Source: Patescibacteria group bacterium (GTDB lineage Bacteria > Patescibacteriota > JACMRA01). Taken from it: a stretch of 56,676 nt of DNA. Location: positions 1 through 56,676 of the forward strand of contig JBCDGH010000003.1 of assembly GCA_038751365.1 (NCBI GenBank), written 5' to 3'. The position numbers and the translations under genes were made by a program. The notes below the pieces were generated by a model, which had not been told where the DNA came from, did no database searches, and worked only from the letters and a program-made list of their open reading frames with translations. Position 1 is the stretch's first letter; every line of letters begins with the position of its first letter. Shown piece after piece: positions 41,048-51,388 of this stretch.

Positions 41048-42973
41048 TTAACTAACTACGGTCTCATCAAATGAAACAAGATAATCACCTTTTTGTACTT
41101 TAATCTTTCCAGAAACAGCTAGACCAAATTGTTGGCTAATATTAACTTCACTTACCTTAGTTTTATTTTTTTGAAGTTCATGTATTTCTAATCTAGCAAT
41201 TTCTTTGTCACTACGTATGAGTTTAAGTTCTTTGTTTGATAAGATTTTGCCTTCTTTGACTTCCCCACCTAGTACTTGAATATTGGATTTATCACTCTTA
41301 AATAAAGCTAAAACCTCTGCCTTACCCAGAATTTGAGTTTTGACTTCGTGCTTAACATTCTTTAAGATGGACTCTTCCACCCACTCTAGAAGTACATAAA
41401 TAATATTACTCTGAACCAAGCTTACAGGTTTATTTTTTATACTAGAAGATGCCTTAAGGTTTAATTTAGTATTAAATGCAAGGATGGTAGAGTTTGTTGT
41501 TTTTGAGAATTCGATATCATTTTCATTAATTTCTCCTACTGATTCAGATTTGATATTAACTCTTACTTGGTCTTGAGGTATCTTAATAATACTTTCTTTC
41601 AATGCCTCTAAAGAACCATTTACATCAGCTTTTAAGATAACATTAATTTCGTTGTCGTCGTTTTGGGTTATACCTGAATTAATTACAGTTTTTTTATTTA
41701 TCACTTTAGCTTTCTCTAAGCTGGCAGCTATTTGAGCGTCTTTTTGATTTTTGTATTTAATAATTACTTCTCCAATGTCGCATACTTCTGGTAAACCAAC
41801 TAGCAGCACAGGTTCAGAAATATGAGCTTCTGTAAGATTCTTACCCTCGCTACTTTCAAGTTTTCTTATTTTGCCTACATATTCAGAACATCGTATATAA
41901 TCACCAACATTTAAAGTATCTTTTGTAACTAAGATAGTGGAAACCACACCTAGTTGTTTATCAAGATGGCTTTCAATTATTACGGCCTGACCAGGGCAGT
42001 CGATCTCACCCTTCAAGTCTAAAAGCTCAGCTTGCAAAAATATATTATCTAGTACTACATCGAGATTAGTACTATGTTTAGCTGAAATAGGTATAAAAGG
42101 AGCTTCACCACCCCATTCTTCAGGTATTAAACCAAATTTAGCAATATCTTGCTTTGTTCTTTCAATATCAGCTTCAGGTAAGTCAATTTTGTTTATTGCT
42201 ACTAAGACTGGAGTCTTGCTAAGTTTTGCTCTTTCTATTACCTCAACAGTTTGAGGTTTCACCCCTTCAGTTGCTGAGACTACCAAGATAATAAAATCTG
42301 CCAACTGACTCCCTCTCGCCCTCATAGCTGTAAAGGCTGAGTGACCAGGAGTGTCTACAAAAGTTACTTTTTTATTTTTGTATGTGATTTGATAACTAGA
42401 AATATGCTGTGTAATAGACCCAGCTTCGGAGGAAACAATATTGGACTTTCGTATGGTGTCTAATAAAGTAGTTTTACCATGATCTACATGACCCATTATA
42501 GTTACTACTGGAGGACGAGATACATATTTTTTTTTATCTTCCGGTGTGTCGTATTCTACATTCTTAATTAATTGTAAGTCTTCACCAGTTGATTTCTCGA
42601 ACATGTCTGGGTCAGCTGGATAAACTTCAATTCCTATCTCTTGAGCAATTAAAGATGCAGTATCAAAATCAATTTTTTCGTTCAAGGTAGCCATTACCCC
42701 GTTTAATAACAAAGTTTTGATTATAACCCCTACCGGTCTACCTAAAGCTTCAGCAAAGTCATTAACAGTTAAACTTGCTGGCAAGTAAATCTTATCATCA
42801 TTCTTCAATCTTGAAAGCTTATCAGGCTTTAATACTCTTGTGATTTCTACAGCGGAGTTATAGGGAATTCGTGTATTCCGACCAGCAAAACCATAGATAT
42901 TCTCTTTGACGCCAGTATTTCTCAATTCATTTATACTAACCCCCAATATTTTCGCTAGCGTTGATATATTCAT
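41048..42973 (-). CDS. infB: translation initiation factor IF-2
   Basis: RPPVVTIMGHVDHGKTTLLD, DTPGH, NKID, LKADVNGSLEAL; start moved to ATG 42973 (MNISTLAKILG). Confidence 0.97.
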   Translation of the reverse strand: MNISTLAKILGVSINELRNTGVKENIYGFAGRNTRIPYNSAVEITRVLKPDKLSRLKNDDKIYLPASLTVNDFAEALGRPVGVIIKTLLLNGVMATLNEKIDFDTASLIAQEIGIEVYPADPDMFEKSTGEDLQLIKNVEYDTPEDKKKYVSRPPVVTIMGHVDHGKTTLLDTIRKSNIVSSEAGSITQHISSYQITYKNKKVTFVDTPGHSAFTAMRARGSQLADFIILVVSATEGVKPQTVEVIERAKLSKTPVLVAINKIDLPEADIERTKQDIAKFGLIPEEWGGEAPFIPISAKHSTNLDVVLDNIFLQAELLDLKGEIDCPGQAVIIESHLDKQLGVVSTILVTKDTLNVGDYIRCSEYVGKIRKLESSEGKNLTEAHISEPVLLVGLPEVCDIGEVIIKYKNQKDAQIAASLEKAKVINKKTVINSGITQNDDNEINVILKADVNGSLEALKESIIKIPQDQVRVNIKSESVGEINENDIEFSKTTNSTILAFNTKLNLKASSSIKNKPVSLVQSNIIYVLLEWVEESILKNVKHEVKTQILGKAEVLALFKSDKSNIQVLGGEVKEGKILSNKELKLIRSDKEIARLEIHELQKNKTKVSEVNISQQFGLAVSGKIKVQKGDYLVSFDETVVS

Positions 42974-43069
42974 AAACGAAACGTCGTCCAAAAAAAGAGA
43001 TTTGTCAATCATTTCCTTACTTTGACTACCACCTTTGTTTTTGACAGCTTCAATCAAATAAAGTTTACT

Positions 43070-45784
43070 ATGAGGCAAATGGAAGAGAATTTATTCCAAG
43101 ACAACCCTCAGAACATCAGCCAGTCTACAGCTGTGCAAAACAACCAGACTGTTACGACTATTAATCCGGTGTATGGATTCGATTTTGGTAGTCTTTTCCT
43201 ATGGGTTCTAATTATTCTGGGTCTGCTTGCTGGGCTTACTTTAATAGTAATCTTGGTACGCAATTATTTAAAAAAAAGAAATTATAAAAATAAAAGAGTT
43301 TCAGATTGGGAAAAAACTGTCTTTATTGAGGTGAGTGTACCTAAAGAGACTGCTGAGCAATCACAGAAAGAAGCAGGTAGTGGTAAGAAAGACGATAAAG
43401 AGGTGTTAGCTATTGGAGAACAGTTGTTTTCATTGATGAGTGAATATGCTAAAGATCAAAAAATAACAAACTTTTATGGTGGCGAAAGGTTTAGTCTTGA
43501 AATGGTAAATATAAATCAAGAAATTAAATTTTGGCTTGCCTGCTCTAGTGATACTGCAGAAGTTGTAGAGAGGCAAATAGTCGCTATTTACAGTAAGGCT
43601 CATATTGTAAGACTAACAAAATTAGATTTTTTTAAAGAAAACACTGTTCCACACTCTCAAGAGCTATCGTTAAATTTGAGATATGAATTGCCATTTAAAA
43701 CTTTCAGACTCATTGATGGAGACCCCCTAAATACACTAACAAATGCATTGGGAGGGGTATCTAAAAGCGAATCTGTAGCTATTCAGTTGATCGTAACTCC
43801 AGTAAAGGACTGGTGGCAGAAAAAACCTAGAATGCTAGCTTCTAAAATTAATCAAGGTTTCAATCCTAAAGACGTACTATTTCCTGAGTCGCCAAAAATT
43901 TCTAAAATATTATGGAAAGCTATCAAGGGTTTTGTAGGTTCTTTTTTTAAAAGCTCTGGTGATGACAAGGACAAGCCAAGCAAAGATAGAGAGCAGAGTT
44001 TAGACCTTTCTGGTAAAAAACAAAATATTCAGCTTACCCCGCAACAGCAAGAAATCATCAAAAAGCTAGAAGAAAAAGCCAGTAGACCAGGGTTTTTGTT
44101 CACTTTACGAATTGTAGCAAGTGCTAGTAGTGAGGCACGAGCTAAGCAGATTGTAGAAGGAGTTATTCCAGCATTTCAAATTTTCGATATCAAACCTTTT
44201 AATGGTTTTAAAAAAGTAAAATCTCAAGTAAAAGAATCTACCCTAAACTTTTTAATGAGGAGTCATAGCTACGATCCAAAGCAAATCCTGAATACTGAAG
44301 AAATAAATTCTATTTGGCATCTACCTAATTATTTAACACAAACTCCAAATATTAAATGGCTACTTTCTAGGCGACCGGCAATTCCTTTAAATATACCCCA
44401 AGATGAAGAAGGTAATGTGTACATAGGTCAAGCAGTTAGTAGAGGGCAAACTAAAGACTGCTATCTTAAGCAAGAGGATAGGTTTAGACATATATATTCT
44501 CTTGGTGGATCAGGGTCAGGTAAAACTGTAGAAATGATATCTATAGCCTTGCAAGATATTGAGATGGGTAACGGCATATGTTTTGTTGATCCTCATGGCG
44601 AAGGTGTAGATGATATACTAAGACGTATGCCTGAGCACAGGATGGAGGATGTTGTTTTATTTTCTCCTTCTATTACCGACTTGCCTATGGGTCTAAATAT
44701 GCTTGAGACAGACCCTTTAAAACCTACCCAAAAGACTTTAGTTATCGATACTTTATTTACCATCTGGGATAAGCTTTATGATCTTAAAAAAACAGGTGGT
44801 CCAATGTTTGAGAACTACATGAAAAACTCCATGAGGTTAGTGATGAGTCATCCCGAAAGTGGTTCTACATTAATGGAAATATCAAAAGTTTTGTCTGATG
44901 AGGATTTTAGAAGCTTCAAATTAGCAATGTGTGATGAGCCAGAAGTAGTTGATTTCTGGGAAAAGGAAGCTACAAAAGCAGGTGGTGAAGCTAGTCTCGA
45001 AAACATGGTCCCATACATTACTTCAAAGCTTGCACCCTTTGTAACTAACGACTTTTTGAAGCCTATGATAGGTCAGCAACAGTCGGCAATAAACTGGCGC
45101 CAAGCAATGGATAACAATAAAATCATATTGGTTTCACTATCTAAAGGTATGATCGGTGAAAATTCTGCATATTTAGTTGGTATGGTTATTTTGGGCGGTT
45201 TGCTTATGGCTGGAATGGGGCGCAGTGACGGTTTGAAATATAATATGGATGGGACTACTTCAGACGTAATTCCAGATCAAAGACCACCATTTTTTGTGTA
45301 CGTAGACGAGATGCAAAATTTTTTATTTGATGCAATACCTAAAGCCTTAGAAGAAATTCGTAAATACAAAGTAGGGTTTTACCTTGCCCATCAGTTTATT
45401 AAACAAGTTGTTGTTCAAGGCGACGAAAGGATTAAGGACTCAATTATGTCAAATTGTGCGACCAAGTTTATTTATAGATGCTCTTCCGATGATGCAGGGT
45501 ATCTTGAAAAAGAGTTTTCTCCATTATCAATACAGGATATAGCTAACCCAGAAGCTAGAACTTACAACGCTATCTTGCTTGTTGATGGTCAGCGTACAAC
45601 ACCTTTTAACATACAAGCTAAATTTCCTATATTTACTGACATACTAGACAAAAACTATCCGGAAAGGATTAATCTGGGCGAGGAAAAGCGCAAAAAAATT
45701 ATTAATATGAGTAAACAAAAATACGGAAAACCTAGAGAAGAAGTAGAGGCAGAGATAAAAGACAGAGCAAAGCTATTATTCTGA
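43070..45784 (+). CDS. VirD4/TraG-like (HerA-FtsK superfamily) membrane ATPase, CPR type
   Basis: one TM; EDRFRHIYSLGGSGSGKT (Walker A), FVDPHG, YVDEMQNF (Walker B), RKYKVGFYLAHQF. Confidence 0.88.
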   Translation: MRQMEENLFQDNPQNISQSTAVQNNQTVTTINPVYGFDFGSLFLWVLIILGLLAGLTLIVILVRNYLKKRNYKNKRVSDWEKTVFIEVSVPKETAEQSQKEAGSGKKDDKEVLAIGEQLFSLMSEYAKDQKITNFYGGERFSLEMVNINQEIKFWLACSSDTAEVVERQIVAIYSKAHIVRLTKLDFFKENTVPHSQELSLNLRYELPFKTFRLIDGDPLNTLTNALGGVSKSESVAIQLIVTPVKDWWQKKPRMLASKINQGFNPKDVLFPESPKISKILWKAIKGFVGSFFKSSGDDKDKPSKDREQSLDLSGKKQNIQLTPQQQEIIKKLEEKASRPGFLFTLRIVASASSEARAKQIVEGVIPAFQIFDIKPFNGFKKVKSQVKESTLNFLMRSHSYDPKQILNTEEINSIWHLPNYLTQTPNIKWLLSRRPAIPLNIPQDEEGNVYIGQAVSRGQTKDCYLKQEDRFRHIYSLGGSGSGKTVEMISIALQDIEMGNGICFVDPHGEGVDDILRRMPEHRMEDVVLFSPSITDLPMGLNMLETDPLKPTQKTLVIDTLFTIWDKLYDLKKTGGPMFENYMKNSMRLVMSHPESGSTLMEISKVLSDEDFRSFKLAMCDEPEVVDFWEKEATKAGGEASLENMVPYITSKLAPFVTNDFLKPMIGQQQSAINWRQAMDNNKIILVSLSKGMIGENSAYLVGMVILGGLLMAGMGRSDGLKYNMDGTTSDVIPDQRPPFFVYVDEMQNFLFDAIPKALEEIRKYKVGFYLAHQFIKQVVVQGDERIKDSIMSNCATKFIYRCSSDDAGYLEKEFSPLSIQDIANPEARTYNAILLVDGQRTTPFNIQAKFPIFTDILDKNYPERINLGEEKRKKIINMSKQKYGKPREEVEAEIKDRAKLLF

Positions 45785-45913
45785 AATATGCTACCATTTC
45801 ATCTTAAATTGTTTAAATGTGATGAGATCTAAATTTAAAGAATAGTTTTGATATCTTTACAAAATTATGAAAATGTGTTAATAAAAGCTAACTAAGGGAT
45901 TTATACCAGTTTT

Positions 45914-46507
45914 ATGGCGTTTAAAAGTTTTTCAAAGCTATCATCTAGAAATCAAAGTAGTTTAATTAGTCAGTTGCACAAGCTCATTGTGTACTATGGT
46001 GAAATTTTTAGCCCAAGAGAAAGAGTCTATCTCAAGAACCTAAGTAAAGTGGACGGAGCTATATATTGGCTTGAAGATGATGAGAAAAAACTTGCCGCTG
46101 CCGCTATTGTTGATCAAAATTACTTTTTTGAAGTTAATGGTTTGACTGTAAAGACTCTAGGTCATACTGTTTCAAAGCGCCCAGGTCAGATGGATAGAAT
46201 ATTAAGTCATATATTCACTGATAATGAAGATAGTGTAATGATTCTTCTCTCTAGACCAGCTATTGCTGCTAGTCTTCAGCATAATTTATTTAAGTTAATT
46301 CAGTTCTCACCTATTGATTTAATCACTAATTGGTCTGAGTTAGCAAATACTAAGACAGATTATTTTAATATAACTAAAGAGACATTGGCAGAAGGTATGA
46401 GTAGGAAAAACCATCATCTCTACCTTTACATCCCAGAGGAAGCTCTACGATCTCTAGAGAAATCAAATACTAAATTAGCTGATTTTATTAAAAGTAGACT
46501 CAAATAG
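45914..46507 (+). CDS. hypothetical protein (possible degenerate GNAT fold)
   Basis: ORF with AIYWLEDDEKKLAAAAIV beta-strand pattern; no clear acetyl-CoA motif. Confidence 0.6.
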   Translation: MAFKSFSKLSSRNQSSLISQLHKLIVYYGEIFSPRERVYLKNLSKVDGAIYWLEDDEKKLAAAAIVDQNYFFEVNGLTVKTLGHTVSKRPGQMDRILSHIFTDNEDSVMILLSRPAIAASLQHNLFKLIQFSPIDLITNWSELANTKTDYFNITKETLAEGMSRKNHHLYLYIPEEALRSLEKSNTKLADFIKSRLK

Positions 46508-46511
46508 CTGT

Positions 46512-47330
46512 TTACTTAGATTTACCGGTTAATGCCTTTAGCATTACTCTACCTACTGGCTCCAAAATTGGCATCATAAATTTGAAGGGAGAGTAGACAA
46601 CTCTCAGTCTAAGTACAGAAAATGCCATAGCAACCGAAGTTTTGAAAGGTTTTTTGATAGTACTATCTTCAGTATCTTCCCACTCTATAGGTATTTCCAA
46701 AATTTTACCACCGATACTCTTTATATCAACCAAAAAATTAACATCAAAAGCCATATTAGATACAGTCAGCTTGGGTAGAAGATCAGGTATAAATTTTTTT
46801 CGTACAACTTTAGCTCCACATTGAGTATCTCTAATTCCTAGTCCAAACAGGGTGTTAACACCCAAATTAAAACCAAAACTAATTAAAGAGCGGGCTTTAG
46901 TCTTTTTTGTAACGATTGACCCCTTTAACCTTCTTGAGCCTACTGCACAATCAACACTCGGTACCAGATCAATAATTGCAAATAGTCGGTGTAGTATTTC
47001 TGGTCTAGTTGAGTTATCGGCATCCGTGAAAGCCACTAATTCTCCTTTAGCAAGCTTTAAACCCTCTTTGATAGCCCCACCTTTTCCGATAGCTTCTGGA
47101 AATACATGGTATTGTAATGAAGGATTCTGAGCTTGGAAGAATTGTACTTTACTTTCTGTTTTATCTTTACAACCATTTAAGATAACTAATATCTCATGAT
47201 TTTCAGGGTAGTGCTGATTATAATACTTTAAGTAATGATTTAAAGTGTTACTTATTCTTTTTTCTTCGTTGTAAGCTGGGATGATAATAGTTATGAAAGA
47301 CTGGTTATTGATAGGAGATACCATACTCAA
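46512..47330 (-). CDS. glycosyltransferase family 2 (polyprenol-phosphate glycosyltransferase-like)
   Basis: IIIPAYNEE, GKGGA, FTDAD, GSR, DTQCGAK. Confidence 0.92.
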   Translation of the reverse strand: MSMVSPINNQSFITIIIPAYNEEKRISNTLNHYLKYYNQHYPENHEILVILNGCKDKTESKVQFFQAQNPSLQYHVFPEAIGKGGAIKEGLKLAKGELVAFTDADNSTRPEILHRLFAIIDLVPSVDCAVGSRRLKGSIVTKKTKARSLISFGFNLGVNTLFGLGIRDTQCGAKVVRKKFIPDLLPKLTVSNMAFDVNFLVDIKSIGGKILEIPIEWEDTEDSTIKKPFKTSVAMAFSVLRLRVVYSPFKFMMPILEPVGRVMLKALTGKSK

Positions 47331-47350
47331 GAATAGTAAAATAGTTTAAA

Positions 47351-47629
47351 TTAATTTAAATCTGCTAAACTCTGTTTTGTCTTTCTTGCTTTATTTTTTT
47401 GACGTTTATCTTGTGAATCTTTCTGAACTTTAGCTAATCTAGCTTGGAATAGTTCTATCCTGCCAGCAGTGTCTACCACTGTGTTTTTACCTGTATAAAA
47501 TGGGTGGCAATTGCCACAAAGTTCTAAGGTGATGCTATCAACAGTCATGCCTAATGTATAAACACTTTTACAATTTGAGCATGTAGCTGTTGCGTTAGTT
47601 TTATAATTGTATTGAACGCTCTTGGCCAT
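47351..47629 (-). CDS. rpmE: 50S ribosomal protein L31
   Basis: CGNCHPFYTG, VDTAGRIELF. Confidence 0.96.
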   Translation of the reverse strand: MAKSVQYNYKTNATATCSNCKSVYTLGMTVDSITLELCGNCHPFYTGKNTVVDTAGRIELFQARLAKVQKDSQDKRQKNKARKTKQSLADLN

Positions 47630-47644
47630 AAAAATAATCTTTAC

Positions 47645-47719
47645 TGGTCGGGATGCAGGGAATTGAACCCTGTACCTCTTGCTCCCAAAGCAAGCATGCT
47701 ACCGATGCACCACATCCCG
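47645..47719 (-). tRNA. tRNA-Pro(TGG)
   Basis: reverse complement CGGGATGTGGTGCATCGGTAGCATGCTTGCTTTGGGAGCAAG...CATCCCGACCA. Confidence 0.95.
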
Positions 47720-47826
47720 GATTACAAGCTTTAGCTAATACTAAAAAACGGGCTGTGTCAAGTTTTAAGCGGTCAAATTATCACTTAAAGCTTGAATAAC
47801 TTTCTTGAGAATTGAAGGTAAATATA

Positions 47827-48273
47827 TTATCTACAGCTTGCTACTATTGTACTGCTATCGAAGTTAGCATAATTATCTTTTGTGTTTGGGTCGATTGCCC
47901 CGAAGAAACAGGTAAACCATTTTTCCGGATTACTCAAGACTCTTTTTTCAATATTAGGTATATAATTTGTAACATTAGTATCATTAGTTTCGGTTAGAGA
48001 TGTATCAATCACATCCTCACCTTCATTTTTGAAACCGTTAGATTTAGCATACTTTTCTTTATATATCTCGCTACTGTAATACCCTAACTCGCTTTGTGAT
48101 TCGGAGTTTTGCTGTATTAGTGAAATTAAAGTGTCCTTATTCTCGTTTGTCTGCGATCTAACCTGATACCACCCGTACAAATTATACATATTAACAAACA
48201 ACCCTATAATTAGAATAGTATGGACAGTCAACTTGACTATTGGTATCTGGAAAAGTTTGATTAGCGGTTTCAT
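47827..48273 (-). CDS. FtsB/DivIC-like septum formation initiator
   Basis: TM, coiled coil, then SEIYKEKYAKSNGFKNEGE (cf. E..AR..lg...pGE). Confidence 0.65.
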   Translation of the reverse strand: MKPLIKLFQIPIVKLTVHTILIIGLFVNMYNLYGWYQVRSQTNENKDTLISLIQQNSESQSELGYYSSEIYKEKYAKSNGFKNEGEDVIDTSLTETNDTNVTNYIPNIEKRVLSNPEKWFTCFFGAIDPNTKDNYANFDSSTIVASCR

Positions 48274-48313
48274 CTGCTTGAAAAAATAGATGACTCTATT
48301 CTGATTCTATACT

Positions 48314-48781
48314 TTAGTTAGGTATTGTTCTTTGATTACCACTCTGGATTAAGTCACCACCTAAATTTCCCTGAACTAAGTTTCCAACTAATCCTACTAT
48401 AGTAAAGGCTATAATCGTGATTACGAGACCAATAACAGCGTTAATGAGTATCTTCTTACCTTTAGTAGCACTTTCACCACTACCATTATCTGTAACATAG
48501 AGAATACCACCATAAACAATCGCCAAAACAGCTACAGCTCCGGCTATAAAAGTTAATAAACTGGCTACGTTAAGTATTATATTTGCTATAGTATTTTGGT
48601 CGGCTCCTTGTGCTGCGTCTGGATTATCTATCAGTGGACAACCACCTGGTCCGCATAATTGGTTTCTACCAGGTATGTTTTGAGCTTGAGTTAAAACTCC
48701 TCCGGCTAACATACTAATTAAGGTGAAAGCTAACATTAAGGAAGCAAAGGCGGGGAGAATAAATTTATTTACGAGTGACAT
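48314..48781 (-). CDS. TrbC/VirB2-like pilin (CPR pilin family)
   Basis: signal peptide; IAGAVAVLAIVYGGILYVT...GKKILINAVIGLVI two-TM pattern. Confidence 0.85.
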   Translation of the reverse strand: MSLVNKFILPAFASLMLAFTLISMLAGGVLTQAQNIPGRNQLCGPGGCPLIDNPDAAQGADQNTIANIILNVASLLTFIAGAVAVLAIVYGGILYVTDNGSGESATKGKKILINAVIGLVITIIAFTIVGLVGNLVQGNLGGDLIQSGNQRTIPN

Positions 48782-48843
48782 ATAGTTTAATTTGAATAAC
48801 TGCAGATATTATAAAACACTTTTTTAATACACGCAAGAGATTT

Positions 48844-50010
48844 TTATGCTACGTATTTAGCAGAGACTAACCCAGCTAAACCTATCATTACAGCATTGTC
48901 CCCAGTTAAACTTATGTCCGGATAAAAACTATAGTCAAATTCATTTTCGTTTTTAATCTTTTCAAAGTAGTTTCTTAATAGTAAATTGGCAGATACGCCG
49001 CCCGACAAACCAATTGACTTTGGTTTATGTTGTCTTGCTGCTAATTTAAACTTATCTACTAACTGATTTACTAATACAAATTGAGCCGAAACACATGTTT
49101 TATAAATTAATTCTGATTTTTCATCTAAATTACTTCCAGTCTTGATTTTCTTTATTTCTACTTCATCTAATTTTTTTTCGAAATTGTAACCGTTTATATT
49201 TCTACTTTGTAAAAAATATCTAACAGCTGTTTTTAATCCTGAAAATGAATAATCTAGCGAGGTATTTTTACGCATACCTACTGGTAGGTTATAATAGTTG
49301 GAGTGTTTAAGTTGAGCGATTTTTGCTATTTGTATTCCTCCTGGGTAGGGTAATCCTAGCATTCTACCTATCTTATCAAGACATTCCCCTGCTGCATCAT
49401 CAAGTGTTTGTCCAATAATTTCCCAGTTATTCCAAGATTTGGATAGTATAATCTGAGAGTTACCACCAGATACCAGGAGATGTAGATGCGGAAAAATTTC
49501 ACTATCCGAAATACTTCGCCTTTTATTAGGCTCGAAAAAACAACTAGAAGTGTGTCCTTTTAAATGGTTTGTTTTATGTATTGTGACTGTTTTGGTGGTA
49601 AAAAGAGATTCAATGTAAAACTTCATTGTTTTGGCAAATTCTAAGCCGACTCTTAAAGCCGAGATTAAACCTGGTTCGCTAGTTACAAAAATTGTATCTA
49701 TATCAGCTAAAATCTGCTTTTCTTGGTTTGAAAAGTTATTTTGAACAGTTGTTTTCTCAGTCATTTGGCTTAATAATGACTTAAATAAAAAGTGTATCTG
49801 CTCAGCGTGCATTCTTGCTCCAATCTCTGGAATTACACCTCCATACTCTTTATGTACTTCAACTTGTGAAGAAATAATGCTAGCAGGTACTGAAAAACTA
49901 TTTATATAGTTGTAGAATGTAGAATCATCAGAGTTTGGTTCTTTAGAAAGAATAGCTAATGAAGTCTCGTCACAACTTGTTTCGATAGCTAAATATAATT
50001 CCCTGCTCAT
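48844..50010 (-). CDS. tsaD: tRNA N6-adenosine threonylcarbamoyltransferase
   Basis: LAIETSCDETS, YGGVIPE, NHLKGH, LLVSGG, TLDDAAGE, YSFSGLKTA, GGVSAN, DNAVMI; start moved to ATG 50010. Confidence 0.96.
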   Translation of the reverse strand: MSRELYLAIETSCDETSLAILSKEPNSDDSTFYNYINSFSVPASIISSQVEVHKEYGGVIPEIGARMHAEQIHFLFKSLLSQMTEKTTVQNNFSNQEKQILADIDTIFVTSEPGLISALRVGLEFAKTMKFYIESLFTTKTVTIHKTNHLKGHTSSCFFEPNKRRSISDSEIFPHLHLLVSGGNSQIILSKSWNNWEIIGQTLDDAAGECLDKIGRMLGLPYPGGIQIAKIAQLKHSNYYNLPVGMRKNTSLDYSFSGLKTAVRYFLQSRNINGYNFEKKLDEVEIKKIKTGSNLDEKSELIYKTCVSAQFVLVNQLVDKFKLAARQHKPKSIGLSGGVSANLLLRNYFEKIKNENEFDYSFYPDISLTGDNAVMIGLAGLVSAKYVA

Positions 50011-50014
50011 AGCA

Positions 50015-50923
50015 TTATTGTTTGTCTTGCCATCTCTTAACAATCTCAGAAATAGGTTGTAAAACATCTGTTTGATGGACTGTTTCCAAGTCGTTAATAA
50101 CTGTAAGTAACCTTTCAAAACCCATTCCAGTGTCAACATTTCTATTTTTTAGGGGGGTGAGATTTCTTGGTTCGTGGTTTTCACCCCATTCTCCTTCATA
50201 TTCCATGAATACATGATTCCAAATCTCTACAATCTCATTCTCAAGAAATTCTTGTATTTGCTGAAGGTTATATTTTTGGAAAAGGTTTTTTCTAAAATCA
50301 ATCGGATTGCGCTTTTGTAAATAATATATCTCACTACATGGTCCGCATGGTCCTTTATATGGCAGACCCCACCAATTATCCTTACCGCTTTTTTGCGTAA
50401 TTCTATATATGTATTGCTTATCCGTCTTGTCGTCCTTGTCAAAATTAAATTCTATACCTACGTCTGGCTCAATACCGACACTTCTAAATGCTCTTTGCCA
50501 AGATTCTATGGATTCTGTATCCGGCAGTGCAAACTCACTCCCCTTATATACTGTAACATATAGCCTTTGAGGGTTGAGATTAAGCCATTTTTCAGAAGTT
50601 AAGAATTCAAACCCCCACATTATAGATTCATCTTTAGAATAATCTCCTAAGCTCCAAGAGCCAAGCATTTCAAAAAATGATAGATGTCTATTGTCACCCA
50701 CTTCCTCTATATCTAGAGTCCTAATACATTTCTGAGAGTCGGCAATTCTCGATCCTAAAGGGTGAGTCTGACCCATCAAATATGGTACTAGTGGATACAT
50801 TCCAGAATTCACAAAAAGGAGTGTTGGATCCTCCTTGGGTAAAATACTTGCTGAAGGGATGACTGCATGTCCTTTGTAATCCATGAAATCTAAAAATAAC
50901 TTTCTCAAAGTTTGTGAGGTCAT
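50015..50923 (-). CDS. alaS: alanyl-tRNA synthetase, N-terminal aminoacylation domain only (302 aa)
   Basis: DPTLLFVNSGM, QKCIRT, RHLSFFEMLG, GPCGPCSEI, EIWNHVFM, VDTGMGFERL, followed by a stop. Confidence 0.92.
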   Translation of the reverse strand: MTSQTLRKLFLDFMDYKGHAVIPSASILPKEDPTLLFVNSGMYPLVPYLMGQTHPLGSRIADSQKCIRTLDIEEVGDNRHLSFFEMLGSWSLGDYSKDESIMWGFEFLTSEKWLNLNPQRLYVTVYKGSEFALPDTESIESWQRAFRSVGIEPDVGIEFNFDKDDKTDKQYIYRITQKSGKDNWWGLPYKGPCGPCSEIYYLQKRNPIDFRKNLFQKYNLQQIQEFLENEIVEIWNHVFMEYEGEWGENHEPRNLTPLKNRNVDTGMGFERLLTVINDLETVHQTDVLQPISEIVKRWQDKQ

Positions 50924-51055
50924 AATTTAATGTCTAAAAGAAAACTTTAGAAATGGCAAGATTCTGACTCAGCTTATTGTCTTGACAAAGTTTAGGTTTT
51001 ACAATACTTATTAAGACTAACAGTTAATAACTTTTATTTAGCTCTAATTATCTGC

Positions 51056-51367
51056 ATGTCTGCAACTAAAATGCGTGTAAAGATTTATTCATTTGATCAT
51101 AATGTGCTCGAAGAGGCGGTAAAGAAGCTCGTTCAGGTAGTAATCAAGTCTGGTGGAAAAGTCAAAGGTCCTATTCCGTTAAAAACTAAAAAGCGAGTGT
51201 TTACCTTGTTAAGGTCTACTTTCGTATACAAGAAATCACGTGATAAATTAGAGTGCAGAGTGCATAAGAGGTTGGTTGATATTAATGAAGTAAATAGTGA
51301 AATTATTAACAACCTTTCTACACTTTCTCTACCAGCTGGAGTAGATTTGAGTATTGAAACAGTTTAA
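51056..51367 (+). CDS. rpsJ: 30S ribosomal protein S10
   Basis: SFDH, GPIPL, HKRLVDI, LPAGVD. Confidence 0.96.
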   Translation: MSATKMRVKIYSFDHNVLEEAVKKLVQVVIKSGGKVKGPIPLKTKKRVFTLLRSTFVYKKSRDKLECRVHKRLVDINEVNSEIINNLSTLSLPAGVDLSIETV

Positions 51368-51388
51368 TTGGTTTAAAAATATAATTAT

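Noticed and set aside
42974-43078. Apparent overlap of infB and the VirD4-like gene
   Set aside because: It disappears when starts 42973 and 43070 are used; the gap contains promoter-like TTGACA on both strands.
50011-50139. N-terminal extension of TsaD, or an AlaRS-TsaD fusion by frameshift
   Set aside because: The extension is an alternative-frame reading of the alaS tail; TsaD homology begins at ATG 50010 and no slippery site is evident.
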